Assembly (NCBI GenBank): GCA_000004985.1
Contig: GG738854.1
Source: Naegleria gruberi
Taxonomy: Eukaryota
Strand: one strand, 5' to 3'
DNA: 64,000 bases
Shown: in pieces, positions 1 through 9,295 of the stretch
Layout: each line of letters begins with the position of its first letter
Position numbering within the stretch: the stretch's first letter is position 1
Translations under genes and position numbers: made by a program
The notes under the pieces: model-generated
Told to the model about the DNA's origin: nothing
The model's input: the letters and a program-made list of their open reading frames with translations, nothing else
The model's database searches: none

Positions 1-117
1 TCTGTATTCTTTTGCTTCCACTGAATTAAAATTTGATCCTGTTAGTGCCTTTCTAATTTTCTAATGATGTGATTTTGGATGTTAATGTTGAATAATCAAT
101 TGATTATTTAAATAATA

Positions 118-408
118 TTATTTCCAAGGATTTATCCAAAAAGATGGCTTATACAGAGACACAACATCAATGGACTGATAATAGTCTTCCGATCTTGGAG
201 GAGCCATCTCAAATTTCTTCATTTCGGAATCACTGATTTTTAGAATGGACTCAAACTTGTTGTTGAGATTTCCTTCAAACACTCCTTTACGTTCTTCCTT
301 GCTTGGTTTTGTTTTGGCTTTTTGCTCTTTAGCTTGTTGTTTTTGCTCCTTTCTGAGTCTTCTCAGTTCATGCTTGTCTGTTGTTGTTGATGGCTGTGGA
401 TTGTTCAT
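118..408 (-). CDS. hypothetical small Lys/Glu-rich protein (96 aa)
   Basis: Uninterrupted ORF from the provided track. Charged low-complexity sequence with no recognisable domain. Confidence 0.3.
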   Translation of the reverse strand: MNNPQPSTTTDKHELRRLRKEQKQQAKEQKAKTKPSKEERKGVFEGNLNNKFESILKISDSEMKKFEMAPPRSEDYYQSIDVVSLYKPSFWINPWK

Positions 409-529
409 GTTGAGTTGATTTTTTTGAATATGAAAATATTTTTAGAAAACTTGTAAGATTTGAAATTGTAAAATTCGCTCAACTTCAAGATTTACAACCT
501 CAAATTTAAACAATAAAAGAATTGAGTAT

Positions 530-1396
530 TTACTTGAATTTCTTGACAAACCCAGCAACATTTTTCAAATAAGGTAATAATTTTGTTACATGAGAGAGTT
601 GACTTGCGACCTTTGGATCTGCTCCCAATCTCAAACTAGTAAATTCTACCAATTCAACAGCCAAAGACATTGGATCCAAACTATTCTTAATTACAATTTT
701 AGAGACATCTTCCACAAGTTGATCCTTTTGCTCTTGGCTCAATAAATTGCTATATCTGATAGCCTCAAATATTATGTTCATTGATTGATAAATTACATAT
801 TTAAACATGGTTTCTACATAAGAAATGAATGGAACCATATTCAATATTTTCGATAACCCTGATTTCTCTATTTTCATTTGATGTATTGGATGATCTTGAC
901 TCTGAAATAAATCTTGGAAGGATTTTAAAAACTTATTTTGAGTTTCTTGATTCGTTTTCTCTTGTTCAGTTTCACATTTATCCGTTTGTTTCTGATATAC
1001 TACAAGGGCCTTTTCCTCTGCTTCCTTTTCCAATTTTTCAATGTTAATCTCCTTCAAATAGGCAATCAAATTATTAAAATACTGAAGAATATTAATGTTT
1101 GAGATTGTTTCACCAGCAGAGACAACACTTTCCTTCACCTGATTAATATATCCACCCAAATTTGCTCCAACATTTCCCATCCACTTAGAAGCAGCAGCAG
1201 AAGATGACGATGGCTGTGTATTCTTTTCATCTTCATTTTCCTTCTTCCAAAATTCATACATTTTGCATTGATGAAAATTCCTCCCAGAAAATTCTCCACT
1301 AATTCCCTTCATCATCATTGATCGGAATAGCAATCTATTCGAGGATCTTGATTGTAGAGTGGATACAACACGAACCAATGAGAAACACTTTTGCAT
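530..1396 (-). CDS. hypothetical protein (288 aa), possibly organelle-targeted
   Basis: Long ORF with a basic/Ser-rich N-terminus (MQKCFSLVRVVSTLQSRSSNRLLFRS...) resembling a presequence. No family recognised. Confidence 0.4.
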   Translation of the reverse strand: MQKCFSLVRVVSTLQSRSSNRLLFRSMMMKGISGEFSGRNFHQCKMYEFWKKENEDEKNTQPSSSSAAASKWMGNVGANLGGYINQVKESVVSAGETISNINILQYFNNLIAYLKEINIEKLEKEAEEKALVVYQKQTDKCETEQEKTNQETQNKFLKSFQDLFQSQDHPIHQMKIEKSGLSKILNMVPFISYVETMFKYVIYQSMNIIFEAIRYSNLLSQEQKDQLVEDVSKIVIKNSLDPMSLAVELVEFTSLRLGADPKVASQLSHVTKLLPYLKNVAGFVKKFK

Positions 1397-1487
1397 TTTT
1401 TTTTAAATCTAATATTAAAAGTTCAATCAAAATGGAAAATCAAGATTTTACAATGGACAGTATGGTATGGTGTTTATAAAGATCCAA

Positions 1488-2603
1488 TTATAAGGCATTC
1501 AAAATTTCTTCCAACCCCTTAACAACTCTCGAATAATCATCTTCATATCCAATTGCTAATCTGATGAAGGTGTGACCGTCATGCTCTTCAGGCCAGGGGT
1601 CAGTTCTTGATGTTTTACCTCCAAATGACGTTTTGTGTTCAATAATCTTGACACGAGTCAATACACCCAAAATTTGAGATTTACTTCCTTTAACCTTGAA
1701 AGTGAAAACACTTGGTACTAGAAATTCATCCAGCACCTTAGAGAAATACTTGGAAACTAGGGTATTTGTTGGATGTGTAGAAATCATAGGATGATTAATT
1801 TCCAATACTTTTGGGTGTTTGCTCAAGTATTCGGTAATTAACCTTTTAGTCAACTTGGAAGAGTTCTCAATCCTCTCATCGATACTGTACATTTGTTGAG
1901 TAATCAATTCACAATGGAATGGAGAGACATGATTTCCATTCACTATCATCCATTCTTCAATGTGTTTCAGTGCATTCTTTGACCTAGCCAAAACATAACC
2001 TCCAATACAAGTTCCAGCACTATAGTACTTTGTCATTGACGAGACAACATAATCGACTTGTTTCACACTAAATGGATTGAAAATAGTTTCAGTCAACCAA
2101 GTATTATCCACAATAGTTGTCAATGACTTTGAAAGTGATTCCAATTTCTGTAAAATTGAAAAATCAAATATTTTACCATTTGGATTAGAACACGATTCAA
2201 AGAACAAGACATTCACTTGTTTCAACAACTTTTTGTCTTGAAATTGTGAAATAATTTGCTGAGGTTTACCAACATCCACACTCACCAAGTTAATCTTAAA
2301 GCTTTTAGCCAACCAATTGAATAATCTTGGCGAATCACAATACAGTTCATTGGAATAGATTAAATTAATTGGTCCAAACTTATTTTGACTTATAATTCCA
2401 TGGAGAGTAGCACTAATGGATTGAATTCCAGAAGATACCAATTGACAAGCTTTTGCATGAGGTTCATGTCTCTTGATGAGTAATTCTTGGAGTTCAATAT
2501 TCTCTGGTGATGATGACCGATTGTAGAAGAATTTTCCTTCAGACCCTTCACCGAGAACTAGATGTTCATCTTGGAATCGTTCGTTGGTGTGTTGTTGCAT
2601 CAT
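1488..2603 (-). CDS. PLP-dependent enzyme of the Cys/Met-metabolism (gamma) family, divergent
   Basis: 371-aa ORF. The 'VVSSMTKYYSAG' segment matches the Ser-x-Thr-Lys PLP-lysine motif of cystathionine gamma-synthase/lyase-type enzymes. Overall architecture matches that family (aminotransferase-like N-terminal part, C-terminal small domain). More divergent than the canonical cystathionine gamma-lyase at 49042-50235. Confidence 0.6.
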   Translation of the reverse strand: MMQQHTNERFQDEHLVLGEGSEGKFFYNRSSSPENIELQELLIKRHEPHAKACQLVSSGIQSISATLHGIISQNKFGPINLIYSNELYCDSPRLFNWLAKSFKINLVSVDVGKPQQIISQFQDKKLLKQVNVLFFESCSNPNGKIFDFSILQKLESLSKSLTTIVDNTWLTETIFNPFSVKQVDYVVSSMTKYYSAGTCIGGYVLARSKNALKHIEEWMIVNGNHVSPFHCELITQQMYSIDERIENSSKLTKRLITEYLSKHPKVLEINHPMISTHPTNTLVSKYFSKVLDEFLVPSVFTFKVKGSKSQILGVLTRVKIIEHKTSFGGKTSRTDPWPEEHDGHTFIRLAIGYEDDYSRVVKGLEEILNAL

Positions 2604-2748
2604 TTTTTTTGATAGATGAATGAATATTCGGAAAGGTATCTGTTTATTACTTTAATTGTTTCAAATTCGAAATTGAAAAAGTCAAATTGAAGTTGATTGC
2701 ACAATGAATGTCTTTTCGAATGATTTCGAATAGTAATGAAGATCAGAT

Positions 2749-4701
2749 TCAATCTCTTTTATTGACAAGTTCAAAAGATGCAACATTAGAATACGATGTC
2801 AAATATTTGCAAATTGATTCACATGATTTGAAAGATTGCTGATTATCAAGAATGAAACTGAGACATGAAATGATTCTATCGCAAGAAACATCATGATTCT
2901 TAAATTCCTGCTCTGAGAATTGTTTCAATATTTGGAATGCATGACCAACATATCCAACAGCATCAGATTGTGAAAGATTTTCATGAGCTTTCCAATATTG
3001 AGTGGTGAAAAGATCAAATACCTTTGAGTATTCTTGGAATTTGTTATTCTTTTTGGAATTTTCCAAAGAGTACAACCATTCGTCATCTTGATCATCTAAC
3101 TTTTGAGCAATGACATCATATATTGTGAAAATTGAATCGTCTGAAGTTTCGGTTACTTTTTGAATCCTATCTAGAGGTCTATACACTAATTTCTGTGAGG
3201 AGGAAATTGAGCAATCGTCAGTAATGATTTTAACATTGAATTTAGAGGCCAATTGAGAGGTCTTTGCCTGTTCAGAAACTGAGCCAACCATACTGAAATA
3301 TCTTGCAGTTGAAGATCCAATATTTCCAACATAACCATCTCCAATAGAAACACCAACCCTGGCTGTGATTTTCTTTTGTAAACTTTCAATTACCTTTACA
3401 ATTTTCAAAGCTGCATCAAATGCCTTTTCTTGAAGTCTTACATCTACACTGTTACTATTCAGTGATAATTGAAATTCATCACATGAGAAGACGTTTAAAT
3501 TTCCTTGAGATAGTTTTACAATTGGACCAAGAAGGTTTACAATATCTCCAAAAATAGTTGTAATACTGTCAGGAGATTTTGATGACAGTCCATCAATTTT
3601 GACATGAATAACTGCACAACCCTTCTTGGATAAACCCATCTTGAATAAATTGGAGGCGTGCTGACCCTTTTTCATTGTGCTCTTACTTGAAAAGTGACTT
3701 CTGGAGGCGTTTGAGGCAGAAATTGAATTTCTTGATATTTCTGCATTCTTTTCCAATTCTTGTTGATTTTCAACATGTTCTAAGTGTTCATTTTGAATCT
3801 GTTCAAATACTGATTGAGGAATGAAAGTTTTAATTTCAGCAAGCCACTCAACTGTATTCTTCAAATTATTGAAAATTGAGTTCACTTCTCTAAACATGGA
3901 ACTGTTATTCGAAACACTACCCAAATCAAGAACTTTGATTCTTTCGAATTGCTTCTCCAAGAACTTCATAGGTCTCGAAACAACTAGTCCAGTAACAAAA
4001 CTTCCAACAATTCCAAGAACAATAATTCCAACAGTGACACCAATAGAAATTGAAGTTGTCAAAATCAAAGCTTCAGTCACCTCTGATTCGTACAAAACAA
4101 AGAAAATGTTCCACTGCATATTTTCCAAAACATACTTGTACGGAGTAATGATATAGCTAACACCATCAGATTCTCCCACAATTTTCATCACAGATGGCAA
4201 AATACTAAATGTTCTATTGTTCAACTCGTAGAATTGTTTCATTAGTGAACCAGCATTTCTCGACTTGACATCAAAGATGTTTGTGCTATTTAAACCATCT
4301 CCTGAAATGGTATCGATGGATCCACCAATGACAATGAAATTGTCCTGAGCTACCAGAACGTAACCTCTTCCCAGTAATTCAATCTTGGAGAGAAAGTTTA
4401 CAATCGTTTCTAGTGAAAGATTAACTTTGGCCAATCCAACCAATGATTTCGTCTTGTTTAGTTTGTAAATTTCTGGATCGTACATTAATTGAGAATAATA
4501 AATGGCAACTGTACTTCCCAAAACCTTGTATGGTTCTCCATACACTCCTTCCAACCCCTTTTCGTAATAGTTTTTCAATGTATAAATGAAGAAATCTTGT
4601 TTGGCAGGTACGTAAGGAGTCAAGTCAACTGTAGAATTGACTTTTACAATGTCTCCTGTGGTGATGTTCACAATATCTCTCAATGGTGCCTGGATATCCA
4701 A
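2749..4701 (-). CDS. receptor-type protein: extracellular dCache-like sensor, TM, and degenerate class III nucleotidyl-cyclase homology domain (downstream part, after the transposon insertion)
   Basis: The long minus-strand ORF continues the dCache-like ectodomain (YGEPYKVLGSTVAIYYSQLMYDPE...GYVLVAQDNFIVIGGS). A TM segment follows (ILTTSISIGVTVGIIVLGIVGSFVTGLVV). The C-terminal region has cyclase-homology motifs (AVIHVKIDGLSS..., RVGVSIGDGYVGNIGSSTARYFSMVGSVSEQAKTSQLA) but lacks several canonical catalytic residues. The ORF-track start at 4848 lies inside the inserted element, so the true upstream exon is 5414-5998. Confidence 0.55.
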   Translation of the reverse strand: MDIQAPLRDIVNITTGDIVKVNSTVDLTPYVPAKQDFFIYTLKNYYEKGLEGVYGEPYKVLGSTVAIYYSQLMYDPEIYKLNKTKSLVGLAKVNLSLETIVNFLSKIELLGRGYVLVAQDNFIVIGGSIDTISGDGLNSTNIFDVKSRNAGSLMKQFYELNNRTFSILPSVMKIVGESDGVSYIITPYKYVLENMQWNIFFVLYESEVTEALILTTSISIGVTVGIIVLGIVGSFVTGLVVSRPMKFLEKQFERIKVLDLGSVSNNSSMFREVNSIFNNLKNTVEWLAEIKTFIPQSVFEQIQNEHLEHVENQQELEKNAEISRNSISASNASRSHFSSKSTMKKGQHASNLFKMGLSKKGCAVIHVKIDGLSSKSPDSITTIFGDIVNLLGPIVKLSQGNLNVFSCDEFQLSLNSNSVDVRLQEKAFDAALKIVKVIESLQKKITARVGVSIGDGYVGNIGSSTARYFSMVGSVSEQAKTSQLASKFNVKIITDDCSISSSQKLVYRPLDRIQKVTETSDDSIFTIYDVIAQKLDDQDDEWLYSLENSKKNNKFQEYSKVFDLFTTQYWKAHENLSQSDAVGYVGHAFQILKQFSEQEFKNHDVSCDRIISCLSFILDNQQSFKSCESICKYLTSYSNVASFELVNKRD

Positions 4702-4761
4702 GAGGGTAATATGTATCCGTGTTATCCAGCCAACGCTGGATTGAAAGGATTTTGTCAGATG
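4702..4761. repeat. left terminal inverted repeat of the MITE
   Basis: 60/60 match to the reverse complement of 5354-5413. Confidence 0.9.
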
Positions 4762-5353
4762 GGATCCACTGTAAGTGGATCCCATCAAGACAAAGCCAGG
4801 ATAAAATGGATAATGGATGGATATTTCCGATTTTATTGGATTCTGCAAAATACAATTTAGTACACAGAAGAGCTGCTATTATTTCAGTTGGCAAACTAAC
4901 ACAGAAAGACTCATATCTACAAGCAACAGATCCAATTCATCACGTGAATCAAGTCAACATATTGGAATTGGTAGAATTGGTAGAATCGGAAGTTAATCAC
5001 AAATTTATTCATCTAGTGATTGTATTAAGAGAGATCAAACAAAAATAACAATAAATGATATGATTATAATTCAAATTGGAAATAGTTGGAAAAAAAGCAA
5101 GATTTAATAGAAGAGTTTGAGTGAATGTGCAGTGTTATTTTCTTTGCAGAACTAATAAGAAATGCACAAGATGGTAAATTGCAAGATCTTAGCCATGAAT
5201 TCCATTGGCTATACGAAAGTTTTGAATCAGTTTAATGATGGTATTGATTGGTTACTCGCCCCCCTTTAATTTTATCCATTAAATCCAGATTTTTCCTTGA
5301 TTTATCTGATTTATCCAGATAAAAATCCACTGGCAGTCGACGGAATCCACTTA

Positions 5354-5413
5354 CATCTGACAAAATCCTTTCAATCCAGCGTTGGCTGGATAACACGGAT
5401 ACATATTACCCTC
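5354..5413. repeat. right terminal inverted repeat of the MITE
   Basis: 60/60 match to the reverse complement of 4702-4761. Confidence 0.9.
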
Positions 5414-5998
5414 ATATCCAAAAGGTTGATAGGCAAAAACTGGAAATGGATTACTCGTGGTTCCACTAATAGTATAGGTGTATCTGGATGGGAGAGGAAC
5501 ACTGAAGAAGAATCCACAACCAGTAGTTCGAAATTCTACAAACTTTGGAAACAAGTAATTTCTAAACATGGGAATGGTCACAACACCTGTGGTATATTCT
5601 CTGGCCATGGTTTTGGTCAATTTGGCGATTGGTGTCATAACACCATCTAGATAGGTTATAATCTTTCTTCCAGATTCGTTTATGAGCTTGGTCGACAAAT
5701 CATTAATTGCCTTCTCTGTTACCAGATAAGAAGATAGCCAAACCAATAAACACCCACTTAGAATCATTACTGAAATAATTGAAACAATAAAGAGATTGAG
5801 TGGAATAATACCTGTGCAGCAAGTACGCGGCTGTGTCTTTGGATTGAGTGGTTCTTTGATGGCCACAACGGATGGAGTTGTCTGTTCCTCATACTCACTT
5901 CCTGATGGTGCAACTTTAGTCATTGAAACTGAAGGATGATGATGATGTTTTTTCTTATTGTTTTTCAATACAATTACGAAAGAGCTGCTAATTTGCAT
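5414..5998 (-). CDS. 5' exon of the same receptor gene (N-terminus, signal-anchor TM, start of the dCache domain), separated from the rest by the MITE
   Basis: ORF 5351-5998 (-) encodes MQISSS...HHHH, then a TM (IISVMILSGCLLVWLSSYLV), then a Cache-like start (EKAINDLSTKLINESGRKIITYLDGVMTPIAKL...). It reads straight into the element TIR and stops after 19 TIR-encoded codons. The flanking frames differ by +1 even after in-silico excision. Confidence 0.5.
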
Positions 5999-6183
5999 TA
6001 GGGAAATTAAAAGTTGTTTGAGGGAAATGATGGAAAGAAGTTTCGCTTATTAGATGCAAACTGTCAATTACTATCAGTTTATTGTATTAATATTAATACG
6101 AAGCAATTGTCTTTTGCCATTAGTATGGAGTGACTGTCAATAAACCTCAATTCTGACTTGGGCAGTACGCATGTTATTATGGA

Positions 6184-7924
6184 TTGAAAACTATTCAACA
6201 AATCTCGTGCTTGAGTACTCTCCAATTAAAAATGTCGGAACCAACTAACAGCAACATTCTGGACGGCACGCAAGAAATTACGTGGGAGGAAACGCCTAAT
6301 AAAGAAGCCGAGGAAATTGAAGAAATACTTCGACGATTTTTGCACTCATTGTGTGATATTTATAATACAAAGTCTAAAACAAATCATACAATCGGTGCTA
6401 TATGTGATACAATTTTCACCAAGAATGGAATTGAGTTGTTTGTTGATAGTTGCACAGAGAGTAAGGCAAAAGGAATTGAAATAATTGAACAATTATTAAT
6501 GATGGAGCCTGCTAATAGTTGTTGTGAAGGGAAAATTATTGAGGAGGAGATTCAACAACTAAATCACAACGACAACACTAGTACCTACAAAAAAGTACTG
6601 GCTGAAGAAAATAGAACATTCTTGGATCAACATAATGTAAAGTTGGATGATAATACTTTCAATTTTTGTGTAAACTTTCAAATATGTTTCAAGATTGAAC
6701 CAACAACCAGTAATATTGCAGACACAACAAGGATTTCCAGATTTGATGGCACTTCTTCATCCAATACTCGAATATTTTCTCTATTCGATCCTTTATTAAA
6801 CTATTCTAAATTCACAAAAGCTGGAATAGAAAACGAGTGGACATATCTGACTTGCATTATTGAAAATGCATGTTTAAGTAACGATCAGCTTTTATTCCAA
6901 ACGTAAGTACTAGTTCTGTTTAAAACAACAACTTTGAAGAGATGGCCCCTTTAACATGGTAGACGAATGTTTGGATCGAGCCCTGAAATTTTGTGACATC
7001 CCATCCTATTCTTTCACGTCATCTTTGAAAAGGGATTGTCATGTAATTGCTTCAGTTGATACCACTCTAAATCACATATGCCTTGTTATAGAACACCAAC
7101 GAGACAATTGCTCTTCCATTTGGAAACACAAAGACTTTGCAAAAATCCTCTTATTGATGAGAACATGTTTGAAATCTTCCATGTTAACAGCTCAAAGAAA
7201 CAGAAAACATTGCCCAAAGCCGTTAAGAACATTTGGAATTTTGTCTTCTAGAGACAATATATTCATACTCTGCATGCAAGCCGATTTACTTTCTGTTGAG
7301 AATGTTCAAATCGAGACTTTTGGAATTGAGTACGCATTGACCTCACATGCATTCTCGTTGAACAAAGAAGAGGAAAGAGAACAATTTATCGAGAAACTTA
7401 CAGCTCATTTAGATTATTTCAGAGCTATTTCTCTTGTTGAAAAGGAATACCAATTTTTGTCATCACCTAACACATCAATAAGCAAATTGAGAAGAGGACG
7501 CTCTGTGATGGTTTATGAAAGTTTTTTAACATCAGATAATAATATGATCAATGTTTATCCACAACTTTCAAGTATGAAAGAATATTTCAAAAATTATGAT
7601 TTTGAATTCAAAAAAGAAATTGGTATTGAAAAACCAATGTTTGAAAAGCAAACAACACATTTAGCGGTTATCCCTTATTCGAAACTGAATGAATTTGAGT
7701 TGAATTCGTACACCAAAGTAATGGTTGTTGGTTTTGTAGCAACAACCAATTTGCAAGGTTTTATATTTACTAAAAACAAAACTTCCAAATTGCAAAAAAA
7801 GGATTCAAATTATACAAAATATACTGCTGATGATGAAGAAAAATTGACAAAGATGATGAAGATTACAAAGAAAAACCAAATACATTCAATAAGAGAAATA
7901 GGAATACCAAAGGAACAGGATTAA
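6184..7924 (+). CDS. hypothetical protein, two exons (6184-6902, 6940-7924)
   Basis: ORF 6184-6906 ends at a GTAAGT donor (6903). The acceptor AG at 6938-6939 restores the frame into ORF 6956-7924 via a 37-nt intron. No recognisable domain. Confidence 0.45.
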
Positions 7925-7974
7925 AGAAACAAAAAGTATCAACCATCACCAAAGAAATTAATTACTCTGATAAT

Positions 7975-8781
7975 TTGAAAGAAATAGTTCAAGGATATGG
8001 AATTAATGGTAAAACAGCTACCAAAATACGAAATAATGACAAGATAGCTCTATATTTTAAACTTGAAAGTGGGTTTTTAAAGATAGTTCACTATTTTGAT
8101 AATAGTTCAGAGAATGTGAATGGTATGGAAATTGTCAAATCCATTCAACATGACAATATTAATAAGATTTTTCAATTTAAGAAACACTCTATAACTAGTT
8201 CGCAATTGGATGAATTGTTTTTTGAAAGCATTCCACTTACAACCCAATTAGAACCAACAATTTTTGTAACATTTTCACAATTTGTTGGGGATATTGTTAC
8301 TTTCTATATTTACCTTAACCAGAAAGATTTCAACACCAAGTTATTGTGTTTTATCAAGTTAATGATGGACGCTATTGAGGCAATTAACATTTTACATGAA
8401 AATAACATTATTCATAGTGATATTTCTATTAGAAATGTTGGTGTGTTATTTACAAAACCTGTCATGACAGCTCATGCCAAAGAAAAAAGTACAATACTGG
8501 AACAATTGCCGAAAGTTTCTAACTTTAATTTCATTTTACTTGATTTCAATCATTGTAAAGTGGAAGGACAAGAACAAGCCACATTTCCAGAATGTAACAA
8601 CAATTCTGAAAATATGTTCTTTCCATTTATATCAGAGCCATACTGTCCTCCAAACGAATTAGTTCAATTTACAAAAGAACATGATTATTATAGTATTGGA
8701 TTAGTGTTGGCACAATTATTTTTGACAATTGTTTGCAATGTGCCAATTTCTAAAATTTTTAAATGTAAAAGGGAAATTTAA
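7975..8781 (+). CDS. protein kinase-like domain protein, possibly degenerate (pseudokinase-like)
   Basis: 268-aa ORF with kinase subdomain-like motifs: Gly-rich loop region (QGYGINGKTATK), catalytic-loop-like IHSDISIRNVGV, DFN in place of DFG (LDFNHCK), and an APE-region-like YYSIGLVLAQLF. It lies only 50 bp after the stop of the preceding ORF, so it may belong to the same transcription unit. Confidence 0.45.
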   Translation: MKEIVQGYGINGKTATKIRNNDKIALYFKLESGFLKIVHYFDNSSENVNGMEIVKSIQHDNINKIFQFKKHSITSSQLDELFFESIPLTTQLEPTIFVTFSQFVGDIVTFYIYLNQKDFNTKLLCFIKLMMDAIEAINILHENNIIHSDISIRNVGVLFTKPVMTAHAKEKSTILEQLPKVSNFNFILLDFNHCKVEGQEQATFPECNNNSENMFFPFISEPYCPPNELVQFTKEHDYYSIGLVLAQLFLTIVCNVPISKIFKCKREI

Positions 8782-9295
8782 AAGAAAGAATAGTGAGTGA
8801 GCTCAATAAGAAAAAGAAGGAATTCAATAATATAGGAGTGATTGTTCAAATGTTGAAGGATGTTATTGAGAATGAGGGTAAATCTGAGATTTTCCATTTC
8901 AAGAAAACATTCAACTGCTTTACAAGTACTTGGAGTTTTTGAGCAAATTGGTTAACATTCCAAAGCTGGTCAATTATTTGTTAACAACAATACCCGCATA
9001 CTTCCATGGCATGGAAGACTTGTTTCTACTGGCATATACTCATCTTTGAAATTTAGGAATTTTTGATGAGTAGTTTTGAGTTTCGAATTGTTAAAATCAA
9101 TAATGCCTCAAATTCCTATAGCAGAACGATTGGAAGACTTACATCACAATGAATAATTTTCAAATCATGCAAATCTTTTTTCGATAACATATCAACACTT
9201 CTTTCAGAAAACCAAATTTTGTAATAATAAAGGAAGCGGTACTGAATAATCATAAATTAAAGTATAAATATTCTGAATTATTGTAATTCCATTGG

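Larger units (their letters stand above)
4702..5413. mobile_element. non-autonomous DNA transposon (MITE-like), 712 bp, with 60-bp perfect terminal inverted repeats and 8-bp target-site duplication
   Basis: Seen directly: 4702-4761 (gagggtaatatgtatccgtgttatccagccaacgctggattgaaaggattttgtcagatg) is the exact reverse complement of 5354-5413. Subterminal similarity continues (taagtggatcc/taagtggattcc). The element is flanked by the direct repeat ATATCCAA at 4694-4701 and 5414-5421. The interior is AT-rich with no transposase-sized ORF. Confidence 0.85.

Noticed and set aside
829-1047. Short antisense/overlapping ORFs (e.g. 829-1047, 3186-3389, 3821-4156, 11368-11574, 12953-13693, 28308-28526, 41731-42046, 42393-43001, 57345-57611)
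   Set aside because: They are embedded in, and antisense or out of frame to, well-supported longer genes. Low-complexity or AT-rich translation artefacts.
4489-5650. ORF-track entries 4489-4860(+), 4625-4894(-), 4719-5048(+), 5297-5650(+), and the M-start at 4848 of the long minus ORF
   Set aside because: All lie within or read through the transposon TIRs. The apparent conserved peptides (LTKSFQSSVGWITRIHITL / GNMYPCYPANAGLKGFCQM) are just the two TIR copies translated on opposite strands, not protein homology.
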